Positions 1 to 9,070 of a stretch of 64,000 nucleotides of DNA are shown here, one piece after another. The number at the start of each line of letters is the position of its first letter. The stretch's first letter is position 1. Source of the stretch: a virus; IMG/VR virus record IMGVR_UViG_3300035681_000001, positions 32,001 through 96,000 of that record; one strand, given 5' to 3'. The notes beneath the pieces are model-generated. The model worked only from the letters and a program-made list of their open reading frames with translations, was not told the DNA's origin and did no database searches. The translations under genes were made by a program, and so were the position numbers.

Positions 1-780
1 ATAGATATGGAAAGAACCTTAGACCCAGACCAAGTAAACAGAACGGGTATTGATAACGAGTTGTTCCACCGAGCTTTTCCTAACTACGGAGAAGAAGCTA
101 TTGATCTAGGTCTAGAAGCAGCTACTGCAGGCTCTAAGTTAATCATTATTGATTCTGTACCAGGCTTAACCCCTAAGTCCACAGAAGAAAAAGTCGAAAA
201 AGACTCGGAAGCTAGGTCTATGGGAGCCGTAGCCGGGCTGCTTACTAGACTAATGGGAAAAATCATCAAAGGTGTTGAAACCTCAGAATGCTCTTGGATA
301 TTCCTAAACCAAGTTAGAGACAAAATGAACTCTCCTTATGGAGGGGTCCACACACCAGGTGGTCACGCTAAAGATCATATGTGTTCTTGGCGTTTACAAA
401 TCACACACGCTATTCAAGAAAAAGATAAAGAAGGCGTAATTACCTCGTACATCAAAGGCCTAAAAAACAAGACTGCCCCAGCAGGTCTTACTGGGGAACT
501 AGTAATAGAAAAAGGTATCGTAAACGCAGCGGCTTCCTTAGTAGATGGTGCTATTCGAGCTGGGCTCTTAGAAAAGGCGGGCAGTTGGATCAAGTTCTCT
601 AATGAAGTAGTAGAAGAATTCAGCCTACCCAAAGCCAACCTAGCTCAAGGTAGTGTAAAGGCCGGCGCTGAACTGCTAGCTAACCCTGAGTTGTACAAGA
701 TCCTATACAACCGCTCTTTGATAGCTAGCGGTGTACTGCCTGACCGAATTCCTAATTATTGGAAACTGACTAATGAGTGA
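1..780 (+). CDS. recA: RecA-family recombinase, 5'-truncated by the window edge
   Basis: Frame is open from base 1 (IDMERTLDP, cf. RecA IDAEHALDP). Contains LIIIDSV (Walker B), IFLNQVRDK and TPGGHA, matching the RecA NQ.R.K and TPGG.A motifs. Confidence 0.9.
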   Translation: MDMERTLDPDQVNRTGIDNELFHRAFPNYGEEAIDLGLEAATAGSKLIIIDSVPGLTPKSTEEKVEKDSEARSMGAVAGLLTRLMGKIIKGVETSECSWIFLNQVRDKMNSPYGGVHTPGGHAKDHMCSWRLQITHAIQEKDKEGVITSYIKGLKNKTAPAGLTGELVIEKGIVNAAASLVDGAIRAGLLEKAGSWIKFSNEVVEEFSLPKANLAQGSVKAGAELLANPELYKILYNRSLIASGVLPDRIPNYWKLTNE

Positions 781-1027
781 CTATAGCTCGCTAGAAACAC
801 CAAAACTAGAACCAGCCGACCAGCAGTTTTTCACTTACGCAGCCCGAGAAGCTGACCTAGCCACAGCTGAATGTCGACAAGCTAAAGCGCTATTTGAGGA
901 AGCAGCTGAAAAGCAAAGAACCAAAGTAAACGCTATACAAGAATTTTCTACTTACTTAACTAAAAAATACCAACTAACAGACGATCAAGACATCGACCTA
1001 GACGGCAACATCATTAATCGAACTTAA
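773..1027 (+). CDS. hypothetical protein
   Basis: 84-aa ORF coupled to both neighbours. Confidence 0.7.
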   Translation: MSDYSSLETPKLEPADQQFFTYAAREADLATAECRQAKALFEEAAEKQRTKVNAIQEFSTYLTKKYQLTDDQDIDLDGNIINRT

Positions 1028-2380
1028 GTGGACTTTCTGTATTGTAACGACCTCGGTACTTATCGTACTGGGGTTTTATCTTTGGGGTGTGAGCCTTTAG
1101 CGTTAGACACAGAAACTATGGTCCGACCTGAATATGAAGGTCGAGGCGGCAGTGCTCTGGACCCTCATACCGGTAGGATATCTCTAGTTATAGTCCAGCA
1201 CTTAAATCAAATACCGATCATCTTTGATCTGGTTTGTTTAGAAGCTCTAGGTTATGACCCAGAACCGCTAGTTAAAGCTTTAGACACAGCCGAGTACTTA
1301 CTAGGAGCCAACATCAAGTTTGATGCCAAACAACTCCGAGGAACTTTAGGTTACACACCTAAGAAACTTAGAGATGTGATGCTGCTAGGTAAACTAATCA
1401 GCAACGCTACTGGATCTAAAGCTGGTAAAGCAGTAGGGCACTCGCTAGGAGACCTAACGCGTGAATACCTAAACGTCCACTTGGCAGGTAAAGGCACTTT
1501 ACAAAAGTCTACCTGGGCTACCGGAGTAGAATCTCGTACGTTAACTAACGAGTGGTGGTTAGAAAAACTAACTTACGCAGCCAACGACGTAGCTTACCTA
1601 TTTCCCTTACAAGCTGTAATGCTACCGATACTACAAACACCACTACCCGATTCTCCACTTACTCAAACAGGTAACACTGGAGCATGGGGGTTTGGTATGA
1701 CCATAGCAGTACAACGAGAGTTTAGGTTGTTACCAGTAACAGCCGAGATGGAATACAACGGGCTGCCTGTTTCTAAAGACTTTATGACTGCTTTTCAAGA
1801 AGCAGTCAAAGACTCTCTGGATTCTTTAGGGGTATATCTGTCCATAGAACTAAAACTAGACACTCCTCAAAAAGACTGGTCCGGGCGGTTAGTGCCTTCT
1901 TTAAAAGCCTTAAAAGTACTGCGCTCAGCTAGTGGGTTACTAGACCTCATACGTAAAGCTCTAGACTTCCAGAAAATAGACAACGTTCAAGCAGCCGTGC
2001 TGCAACGTATGCTGTCCATCCTAGACGCACTGGCTGCCGCTAGCACTGCAGACGATAGCACACCCACTACAGGTGAGCTGTTTATTAACGAAGACGAAGA
2101 AACCTTATACTCAGAATTAACCGAACTAGAACACTGTAAGTTAATAGCAGCCTCTCCTATAGTCCAGGCTATTTTGGACTTTAAACGGCTGACTAAACAA
2201 GATGGAATGGATTTGCGTAAATACATAAACCCAGCTACTGGTAGGATCCATCCTAGTTACAGTCAAATAGGTGCTGCTACCGGACGGTTTGCTAGTTCCG
2301 GGCCTAATGCCCAACAAATCTCCAACAAAACCAAGGTATTACTAGATGGGTTCCAAACCCTTGGATTGGCCTCTACGTAA
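1028..2380 (+). CDS. polA: family A DNA polymerase, N-terminal part (3'-5' exonuclease + thumb)
   Basis: Exo motifs ALDTET, GANIKFD and YAANDV; EMEYNGLPV; GRIHPSYSQIGAATGRFASSGPNAQQI (PolA TGRLSS..PNLQNI). Stops before motif A. Confidence 0.9.
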   Translation: MDFLYCNDLGTYRTGVLSLGCEPLALDTETMVRPEYEGRGGSALDPHTGRISLVIVQHLNQIPIIFDLVCLEALGYDPEPLVKALDTAEYLLGANIKFDAKQLRGTLGYTPKKLRDVMLLGKLISNATGSKAGKAVGHSLGDLTREYLNVHLAGKGTLQKSTWATGVESRTLTNEWWLEKLTYAANDVAYLFPLQAVMLPILQTPLPDSPLTQTGNTGAWGFGMTIAVQREFRLLPVTAEMEYNGLPVSKDFMTAFQEAVKDSLDSLGVYLSIELKLDTPQKDWSGRLVPSLKALKVLRSASGLLDLIRKALDFQKIDNVQAAVLQRMLSILDALAAASTADDSTPTTGELFINEDEETLYSELTELEHCKLIAASPIVQAILDFKRLTKQDGMDLRKYINPATGRIHPSYSQIGAATGRFASSGPNAQQISNKTKVLLDGFQTLGLAST

Positions 2381-2702
2381 AAGGTCAATAGGCTTTGAAA
2401 ACAACCTCATATTAAAAGAGCTGCTACTGCTAGGGGCCTTTAAAGAAAAAAACGCTATAGCTTGGCCCTCAGACACTGGCTTGACAGAATCAGAAACTAA
2501 AACACTACTAGAGTCCTTACGTAAGAAGAACCTTATTCGCGGCCGAGCACCTTATAAGCTAACCACTAAAGGAAAGAAAATAGTAGCCGATCACTACCAC
2601 CGTTTGTTAGCTGAGTATGAATCTAGTAGAACCCAACTACCAGTTTCTGGCAACACCCAGACAATCATTCGTAACGAAGGGGAAAGTTTGGATTTCAGTT
2701 GA
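2346..2702 (+). CDS. small winged-helix-like protein nested between the two polymerase ORFs
   Basis: TGLTESETKTLLESLRKKNLI...YKLTTKGKKIV resembles the MarR/PadR-type wHTH recognition helix plus the Y.LT.KG wing. Confidence 0.55.
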   Translation: MGSKPLDWPLRKRSIGFENNLILKELLLLGAFKEKNAIAWPSDTGLTESETKTLLESLRKKNLIRGRAPYKLTTKGKKIVADHYHRLLAEYESSRTQLPVSGNTQTIIRNEGESLDFS

Positions 2703-3300
2703 CTTTTCAGGTCAAGAGCTAATGGTAGCTACAGCCTGGTCAAAAGATCCGGCTATGGAGCGAGCTTTTACAGAACCTGAAGTCTTAACCTTACCTGATG
2801 GTACTACTTACAAAAACCCATACGCTGACCTGCACACACTAACGGCAGTTAAGTGCTGTGCCCCAGCATTATTCCAGGGAGTCCCAGAACACGAGTGGGT
2901 AAGTAACGCTAAAGAAAACGGATCTAGACACAACGGTAAAACTACAAACTTTGGGATTATCTTTGATCAAACAGCAGAATCTCTATCACTACTCAACCAC
3001 GTTAAACTGACTGAAACTGAGCAATGGGTAAAAGGCCACAAGCAAACCTACGCAGGTTATCACCACTGGGCTGAAGAATACGGAGCTATAGCTGCCGCTC
3101 GCGGCTTTGCTGTTAGCCCGGTGTCTAAAGCTATTCGCTGGGTAGATGAAGAAAACTCCAAAGGTGGTGGGGAATCGCCAGCTAGAGCTGCGGTTAATTA
3201 TGCCATCCAAGGGGAATCTAGTATGATAACCAAGGAATGTTTGATCAGGTTATATGAAACTTTGCCACCAGAAATAAGAATACTAAATACAGTCCACGAT
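2617..3300 (+). CDS. polA: family A DNA polymerase, C-terminal part, exon 1
   Basis: Motif A VDFSGQEL, motif B RHNGKTTNFG, VNYAIQG, and motif C first half LNTVHD ending at 3300. Confidence 0.9.
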
Positions 3301-3413
3301 AGATTTTGTCGTGGTTAAATAACTTTAATTGCTGGAAACTCCTTAGAGCTTAACTCACCACAACGTAGTCGGCAACGACAAGCGTGACGGTTCAAAAAGA
3401 GTTATGATTGGGT

Positions 3414-4004
3414 CTAGTACTTTGTCTGACTAGCAGTGTAAGACTGAAAGCTCCACTTGTATTGGTAACAGCTAATGGGACAGGGACCAATCCACTCAAG
3501 AAAAGCAGGAATGCTCTTTTTAGAGAGGAATATTTTACCTTTACCGTCAGTTCGTGAGCGAAAACCCAACGACTTGAGTTGAATCACAAGTCGTTGTCGT
3601 TCAGCCAATGTAAAAGAATGGGCTGCAAATGCAATTTGTCTTAGGTATCCGTTGCAGGAGTCAAAGCCTCCATCACCGATGTACCACATAGATGCAGCTA
3701 AAGGGGTTAGTTGTAAATCCCGAGGAAGAATCTTTTTCTTCTCCGGATACCAGCGATGCCAAAAAGGTATGAGAAAATCCGATCTCAATGAGTCTACTTG
3801 GTAGGTTACACCTGTTGAGTAACCATTAGGTTTAGACTGGAGGTTAGGAGAAAAAGGAACGGATTTGCCTAGCTGGGCTCTAACCCAAATAGAAAAGTCC
3901 TTTTCTTTACAGTTATAACCAAATCTCGGGCGCCCTAAAGGTGTTTTCGAGTAGTTGGTTAAATAACCATCTCCTAACAGCAGACCATCCAGTAAGCTTC
4001 TCAT
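3414..4004 (-). CDS. LAGLIDADG (double-motif, LAGLIDADG_2-type) homing endonuclease, antisense within the intron
   Basis: Motifs LDGLLLGDGYL and LAASMWYIGDGG; 196 aa. Confidence 0.88.
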   Translation of the reverse strand: MRSLLDGLLLGDGYLTNYSKTPLGRPRFGYNCKEKDFSIWVRAQLGKSVPFSPNLQSKPNGYSTGVTYQVDSLRSDFLIPFWHRWYPEKKKILPRDLQLTPLAASMWYIGDGGFDSCNGYLRQIAFAAHSFTLAERQRLVIQLKSLGFRSRTDGKGKIFLSKKSIPAFLEWIGPCPISCYQYKWSFQSYTASQTKY

Positions 4005-4040
4005 TAAGCTAGCAACATTTGCTTAAGTTTAGCACTATCG

Positions 4041-4070
4041 GTTATACAGAAGAAAAATCCTGATGGACAA
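4041..4070 (-). promoter_or_regulatory. candidate sigma70-like promoter for the antisense endonuclease
   Basis: Minus strand TTGTCC-N18-TATAAC, about 37 nt upstream of the ATG at 4004. Confidence 0.4.
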
Positions 4071-4248
4071 TCAGCAGCCAAGGGTCTAGGCTGTAACCAG
4101 CTTAGATCAAGGTTCATCGGCTATCGCGGAAGCGAGTAGGACTCAAGAGAGTTCGAAACGGGTTACTAGTGAAAACTAGAAGATATAGTCAGAACTTTTG
4201 CGAAAGCAAAAGAAGCCTTACGGAATCGGTAAGGCTGCAACACTAACG

Positions 4249-4476
4249 GAGATCAATTTTGAGGCGCCAGGCCGATGTTGGCTAGACTTAGATCGCTCTA
4301 AATTTGATAATAACTTACTAATAAACCCTGTGTTTGCTTACGATGAACAAGCTCTAGCTACAGCAGAACGCATTACGCAATTAATGGTAAACACTGAAAC
4401 CGAGTTCTTTCAGGCTGCCGGCTCACCTATTCAAGGTCGAGCCGAATACGCTATAGCCCCTTATTGGAAACACTAG
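4249..4476 (+). CDS. polA: family A DNA polymerase, C-terminal part, exon 2
   Basis: EINFEAP completes motif C (VHD-E); ends at TAG 4476. Confidence 0.88.
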   Translation, partial: EINFEAPGRCWLDLDRSKFDNNLLINPVFAYDEQALATAERITQLMVNTETEFFQAAGSPIQGRAEYAIAPYWKH

Positions 4477-4494
4477 TACTCACGCACCTAAGCA

Positions 4495-4830
4495 ATGGTA
4501 GAAATCCAATTCAAAGCTCTAACCACCGTAACAGTGGCCATTACGGAACCTGTTTACTCTAAAATAAGCAGTGTACGCTCTAAATATAACAAACTAGAAT
4601 CGTTCCGTAGGTGGGATGGTGAGCAGTTTTTAATAATAGAAAAGAAAACCACTTCTAAAGGAGTGGTGTCTGTAACCCTTACAAAAGAGATTTATAAAGC
4701 CTCACTAATAAAAAGCGAAGAAGCCTCAGAGCAAATTCTAGGTAAAGGTAAGTACGCACTCACTAAAGAAGAATTCTATACAGAACTAAAGGCAGCCATC
4801 GGACCTTTCTTAGCTACTATGGAAGGCTAA
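4495..4830 (+). CDS. hypothetical protein
   Basis: 111-aa ORF in tandem array. Confidence 0.75.
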   Translation: MVEIQFKALTTVTVAITEPVYSKISSVRSKYNKLESFRRWDGEQFLIIEKKTTSKGVVSVTLTKEIYKASLIKSEEASEQILGKGKYALTKEEFYTELKAAIGPFLATMEG

Positions 4831-5030
4831 TGCCGCTACACCTGGTAACCTATGAACTTACCGATACTACAATAAGTTATTATCCGAAGACTAAATTAGT
4901 GTTAGTTGATTGTGCTGACGAAGAAGAAGCGCTGGCCTTACTAGAAACCAAACACCCTATTACTTATTGTGGCGTTGAAATTCTAGAGTTCGAGCCAGTA
5001 TTAAGTAACCAAAACACAAAGAAAACCTAA
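4830..5030 (+). CDS. hypothetical protein
   Basis: 66-aa ORF with TAATG coupling. Confidence 0.65.
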   Translation: MPLHLVTYELTDTTISYYPKTKLVLVDCADEEEALALLETKHPITYCGVEILEFEPVLSNQNTKKT

Positions 5031-5066
5031 AAATATATAAAACCAAAATCCAAAAAACCAAAACCA

Positions 5067-6401
5067 ATGAGTGCCTCACGAATTGATTTAGCTCAAGTTA
5101 CAGACTTAACTGAAGCTACTAGGTGGGTGTATGACCCCGACAAAGAACTATCTGTAGGTGCTGCTTTAAGGCATGTACACCTAGAGCAAGTTAGTAATGA
5201 AAAAGTAGCCCTGACGGCTTACGCTACAGGTCAAGCTTGGTTGCGCCGGCTAGCACCAGCTAGTGGTGTAATAGGTACCCAGTACCTCTATGATGGAGAA
5301 GACTTGATCTCCCGAGTAGCAAACCAACAGATCTGGCGTAAGTCTTCTTTACGTATAAGTCAGAACCGTAACGGATCACTAAAACTAGAATGCGTACAAC
5401 GTATTGAAGCTGACGGAACTGTAGTTTCTGCAGGAAATATCAACCTCAATACGTACTCAGGTGACTTAGATGATTTCTCAATACCCGACGCCAGTGATTA
5501 CGTATTAGTAGCTCACACTGATTTAGGGTACGACTTTAAGAGTCTAGCTAGGGTAGCTGGAGAATATTCCGCTCTAAGGGGAGATTCAGCTAACCGAGCA
5601 GTATGGTTGTGCCTAGAACAAAACCTACGTCTAAGCGTAACCGAGCGGGCTTCTGACCGAGGTATTGGGCTGTTAACTCACACCTTACCTACTACTGTCG
5701 TACACCCTATACGTCTAGGCTTTCAAGGCCGGCACCTTAATAAAATAGCAGACGTAGTAGAAGAAAGCCCAGTACTTACTATCCACGTTGATTCTTTAGA
5801 CAACCCTACACGAGTAAGGTTTAGTGGTTTTGGTGGGTGGGTAGACCTACCGGTAGTAGCCGAATACCACTGTAGAGCTCTTTCTAGGGGAGCTATGGGT
5901 GTGTTTCTAGGTGAAAACTACACACGTACTGAATCTGAATCCGTAATTTTCAACGTAGAAGACCTACAAGACGGCATAGCTATCCAAGCTCCTAAGAAAG
6001 GAGCCACTCGCAATGACGTAGTATTAGAACTACAAGACCAAAAACTGTTGGTATCAAAGCGTTCTGACATACGTAGGTCTGAGCTTTCTACCATCCCGTT
6101 ACATGAAGCTAGCACCGTAGAGTGGACAGACGTAGTAGTAGATCACACTTACTTAACAGATGGTGTAACTGCTTTAGATTCTTTCTTAAAAGCAGCTGAC
6201 AAAAGAGCACGGTTACCTGAACTAACTGACGAACCTACTACACCTATAAACGTAAGGTTGGTCTCAGTAACACAATCAGTGTCTAGTAGTAACGTGCATT
6301 TGTTGCTAATCCGACCCGCTATCGACCAAGACTACGAGTGTCAAGTAGCACTTATAGTAAACACCAAAGCCCAAACTAATGACTACAACGAAGCGGACTA
6401 A
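5067..6401 (+). CDS. putative DNA sliding clamp (DnaN/beta-clamp-like)
   Basis: Three-fold repeating helix/strand pattern reminiscent of DnaN (LRHVHLE..VALTA; RAVWLCLEQNLRLSVT; VIFNVEDLQDGI..NDVVLELQDQKLLVS; VVVDHTYLTD). Lies near a DnaX-like gene. Confidence 0.45.
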   Translation: MSASRIDLAQVTDLTEATRWVYDPDKELSVGAALRHVHLEQVSNEKVALTAYATGQAWLRRLAPASGVIGTQYLYDGEDLISRVANQQIWRKSSLRISQNRNGSLKLECVQRIEADGTVVSAGNINLNTYSGDLDDFSIPDASDYVLVAHTDLGYDFKSLARVAGEYSALRGDSANRAVWLCLEQNLRLSVTERASDRGIGLLTHTLPTTVVHPIRLGFQGRHLNKIADVVEESPVLTIHVDSLDNPTRVRFSGFGGWVDLPVVAEYHCRALSRGAMGVFLGENYTRTESESVIFNVEDLQDGIAIQAPKKGATRNDVVLELQDQKLLVSKRSDIRRSELSTIPLHEASTVEWTDVVVDHTYLTDGVTALDSFLKAADKRARLPELTDEPTTPINVRLVSVTQSVSSSNVHLLLIRPAIDQDYECQVALIVNTKAQTNDYNEAD

Positions 6402-6756
6402 AGAGCGTACTGCATATCAATGCCAGTACCCATCAGTACTACCTTGGTCCAAAAGGCTGTGGGTACTGCAACCCGGAGATCTAGTACAACGAGAAAACGT
6501 AGTTTACCGAGTGTCTCAAGTTATTCGCTCTCAAATACCAGGAGCAAAACCACGAATAGTCTTAGTACCCAATGAAGACCCCCTACGGGACACAAACGAC
6601 TCTGATAAATCAAGACTACAACTGCCAGCTTTGCGCACTGGGCAAAGCACGAGCACACGCAAACACTCAACTGAAAGCGGGACAACCACTCAAACAGTGC
6701 ATACCTGGGGCGGGACCTCGGGACCTCAAGACCTTAAAACTGATAGTGATTTCTGA
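6379..6756 (+). CDS. hypothetical protein
   Basis: ORF overlapping both neighbours; the last ~60 aa overlap the UDG gene. Confidence 0.5.
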   Translation: MTTTKRTKERTAYQCQYPSVLPWSKRLWVLQPGDLVQRENVVYRVSQVIRSQIPGAKPRIVLVPNEDPLRDTNDSDKSRLQLPALRTGQSTSTRKHSTESGTTTQTVHTWGGTSGPQDLKTDSDF

Positions 6757-7360
6757 TTACCCAGGACACTATGAAGAACTCTACGGGTGGCCACAAGTTG
6801 ACATCAATTCCATAAAAGGAGAGCGTAAAAACGGGGTGCTGCTACCTAGAAACTCAGGAGCGTTCTTACGAATGGTCATAAGTGGATTGTTAGGGTTGGA
6901 CTCCTACAAAGACGTTTGGATGACTAACGCAGTAAAATGCAACCCTACAAAAACTAAAGTCATAGAATCTGCACACCTTAAACCTTGTGTGCGGCAGTGG
7001 TTAGGACCTGAGTTACTAATACTAGATCAAGAGTGCCCTAAAGTACCTTTACTGGTGGCTGGTTTACAAGCATTCCGAGCAGTTAAAATGCTGTACCGGC
7101 AGCACACTACTCAACTAGAAACTTTAGGGTTCAATGGGTGTCGGCGTCGGAATGACCTTACGCTAAACGGCAGGCCGGTAGTGTTTGCACCTAACCCAGC
7201 CAGATCAGCTAGGTCTGAACCCCGCATAGAATCAACCGTGCTATTTAATGGTGGGAAGTGGGTAGTAGGTGAAAACGAGTGGTTATATCCACCACCACTA
7301 GGCTCACCAGTACGCAGTTTTATTGAAGACCTAAAGTTCTTGGCTCCGCTTTTAAGATGA
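6572..7360 (+). CDS. uracil-DNA glycosylase family 4-like protein
   Basis: CQLC, G.GP..LKLIVISDYPG..E, WMTNAVKCNP and LKPC..WL..EL; four putative Fe-S cysteines. Confidence 0.8.
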   Translation: MKTPYGTQTTLINQDYNCQLCALGKARAHANTQLKAGQPLKQCIPGAGPRDLKTLKLIVISDYPGHYEELYGWPQVDINSIKGERKNGVLLPRNSGAFLRMVISGLLGLDSYKDVWMTNAVKCNPTKTKVIESAHLKPCVRQWLGPELLILDQECPKVPLLVAGLQAFRAVKMLYRQHTTQLETLGFNGCRRRNDLTLNGRPVVFAPNPARSARSEPRIESTVLFNGGKWVVGENEWLYPPPLGSPVRSFIEDLKFLAPLLR

Positions 7361-9054
7361 CTGAAACCCTAGTCTTTGAATCCTATGAATCCTTAGAGCC
7401 CTTCAGTCCAGTAGAACCTAAACTACTTTCTGAGAAAATCAGCGGGTACCCTCAAGCACTAGCTAAGGCCCAAAAAGCCTACCGCAGCTACCGCAGCAGT
7501 TTTACAGGAGCTGACAACCGACCTTACCAAGCTGAATATGCAGCTTTGATGGCCCTGCGGCGATACAACATAATGGGGTACTCAATGGGTGTGGGTAAAA
7601 CCAGTATTACTCTGCTCACTATCCAGACCCTATACGAGCGGCTGAGTAAAGAAGCAACACCTTACCGAGCAGGTCTAGTACACATCTGTGTACCTTCGTT
7701 GTTAGCTGTAGCTAGGTGGGTAGAAGAACTAGAACGTATGCCGGCACTAAGGCATAAATATCGTGTGATTACTAAAGAAAAAGACCTACTAACTGCACCA
7801 CCTCAAGGTAAAAGCAGTGAAATCTTGTTGTATACACACGACTTTCCTAAAGGGAAAAGCAAAAGACTAACTCGTGGTACCAAAAACAGCCTGGCTCATT
7901 ACTTAAGTAAGTACTACCGACCTGCTTTCTTAATCATTGATGAAGTACACGGTCTACGAGGTGGCACGCAGCGTACTGGAGCCTTAAGTTACTTACGTGG
8001 CAGAGCGCGTAGGGTATTGGTGTTGTCTGGTACTCTTTCAGACGGCAACCTAGCTCAGATACATTCGTTGTGTAAATTCGTTTACCGTGAGCACTGGCCT
8101 TACCGCTCACCTCAGGCTTTTTCTGCACTGTTCGGGCAAAAACAACGCCTGGACACTAACTACCTCTACGGATCAGCTAGGCACACTGAAGTCCCAGAAA
8201 AGTACTTACAAAAACTAGATCCTAGTAAACTAGGGACCTACTACGCATTAATGCGTCACTTTATACATCGAGTAAAAATAGATGAACCTCAAGTAGCTCC
8301 TTATCTAACGCTGCCTGCTCAAACAGTAGAACTACATGAAATAGAACCTACTACAGAACAAAAAGCTGCCACTGCAACCTTCATTACTACACACCGGTCC
8401 GCTTTAGCTGCAGCGGCTCAAGCAGTCACCGTTACACAAAAAGCCGCAGTGCTGCGGCTCATACACCCTTTAATTGAACTAGCTAACTTTCCTACAATTC
8501 CCAGTAATAAACCTAGCCGCTTACTAGAAATAGTCCAAGCAGCCACAGGTAAAGTAGTAGTGTTTTGCAGCTACGTAGGGTCAGCTCGTTACGTGCACGA
8601 GTTTTTGATAAACCAACTGGGTACGGGCACTGCAGTTAGACTTTACGCTAATGACCCTGAACTAACACCTAGTACTTTAACCACTAAAGCTAGACAAGAA
8701 GTGCTCGACTCTTTTCGTTACAACGATCAAGTTCGAGTAGCAGTGCTGTCTATCAACCTAGCGTCTGAGGCCATTGAATTCCCTACAGCATCAGACACTG
8801 TTTTTTATTGTATGCCTTGGTCCAGCTACAAATTAGAACAATCAGTGCACCGAGTTGTTAGACCGGGAAACCGTCATACACAGGTCGGTACCCACTACTT
8901 ATACCAAAAAGGCATGATAGATGAGCATCAGGTAGCTTTAGCTATAGAGAAGATTAAAGCTAGTCGACTCTTACTAGACTATGAGCTAGACGCTAATGTG
9001 GAAGAAGTAGACCTAAGTCCTGCTGAAGCCCTCAGGCAACTACTAGCTGGTTAA
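7357..9054 (+). CDS. SNF2-family helicase/ATPase
   Basis: MGVGKT, LIIDEVH, LSGT, ASEAIEF, EQSVHRVVRPG. Confidence 0.85.
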   Translation: MTETLVFESYESLEPFSPVEPKLLSEKISGYPQALAKAQKAYRSYRSSFTGADNRPYQAEYAALMALRRYNIMGYSMGVGKTSITLLTIQTLYERLSKEATPYRAGLVHICVPSLLAVARWVEELERMPALRHKYRVITKEKDLLTAPPQGKSSEILLYTHDFPKGKSKRLTRGTKNSLAHYLSKYYRPAFLIIDEVHGLRGGTQRTGALSYLRGRARRVLVLSGTLSDGNLAQIHSLCKFVYREHWPYRSPQAFSALFGQKQRLDTNYLYGSARHTEVPEKYLQKLDPSKLGTYYALMRHFIHRVKIDEPQVAPYLTLPAQTVELHEIEPTTEQKAATATFITTHRSALAAAAQAVTVTQKAAVLRLIHPLIELANFPTIPSNKPSRLLEIVQAATGKVVVFCSYVGSARYVHEFLINQLGTGTAVRLYANDPELTPSTLTTKARQEVLDSFRYNDQVRVAVLSINLASEAIEFPTASDTVFYCMPWSSYKLEQSVHRVVRPGNRHTQVGTHYLYQKGMIDEHQVALAIEKIKASRLLLDYELDANVEEVDLSPAEALRQLLAG

Positions 9055-9070
9055 CCTCGCACTTACCTTA

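Larger units (their letters stand above)
3301..4248 (+). mobile_element. group I self-splicing intron in polymerase motif C (HD|E)
   Basis: 5' exon CCACGAU pairs with internal guide GUCGUGG with the U.G wobble (P1). Core elements P AATTGCTGGAAACT (~3327), Q AATCAGCAG (~4069), R GTTCATCGGCTA (~4112), S AAGATATAGTC (~4180). Terminal G at 4248. Removal restores HD-EINFE in frame. Confidence 0.95.

Noticed and set aside
2330-2700. Second intron, programmed frameshift or T4 gene-60-type hop joining the polymerase halves
   Set aside because: No group I P/Q/R/S or group II domain V motifs. It would need two successive +1 shifts with no recognisable slippery site, and there is no matched take-off/landing codon at a sensible position.
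3301-3318. C-terminal RFCRG* of ORF 2617-3318
   Set aside because: Read-through into the intron's P1 region, not part of the polymerase
4198-4248. Track ORF start MRKQKKPYG...
   Set aside because: These 17 codons are the 3' end of the intron; the real exon begins at 4249
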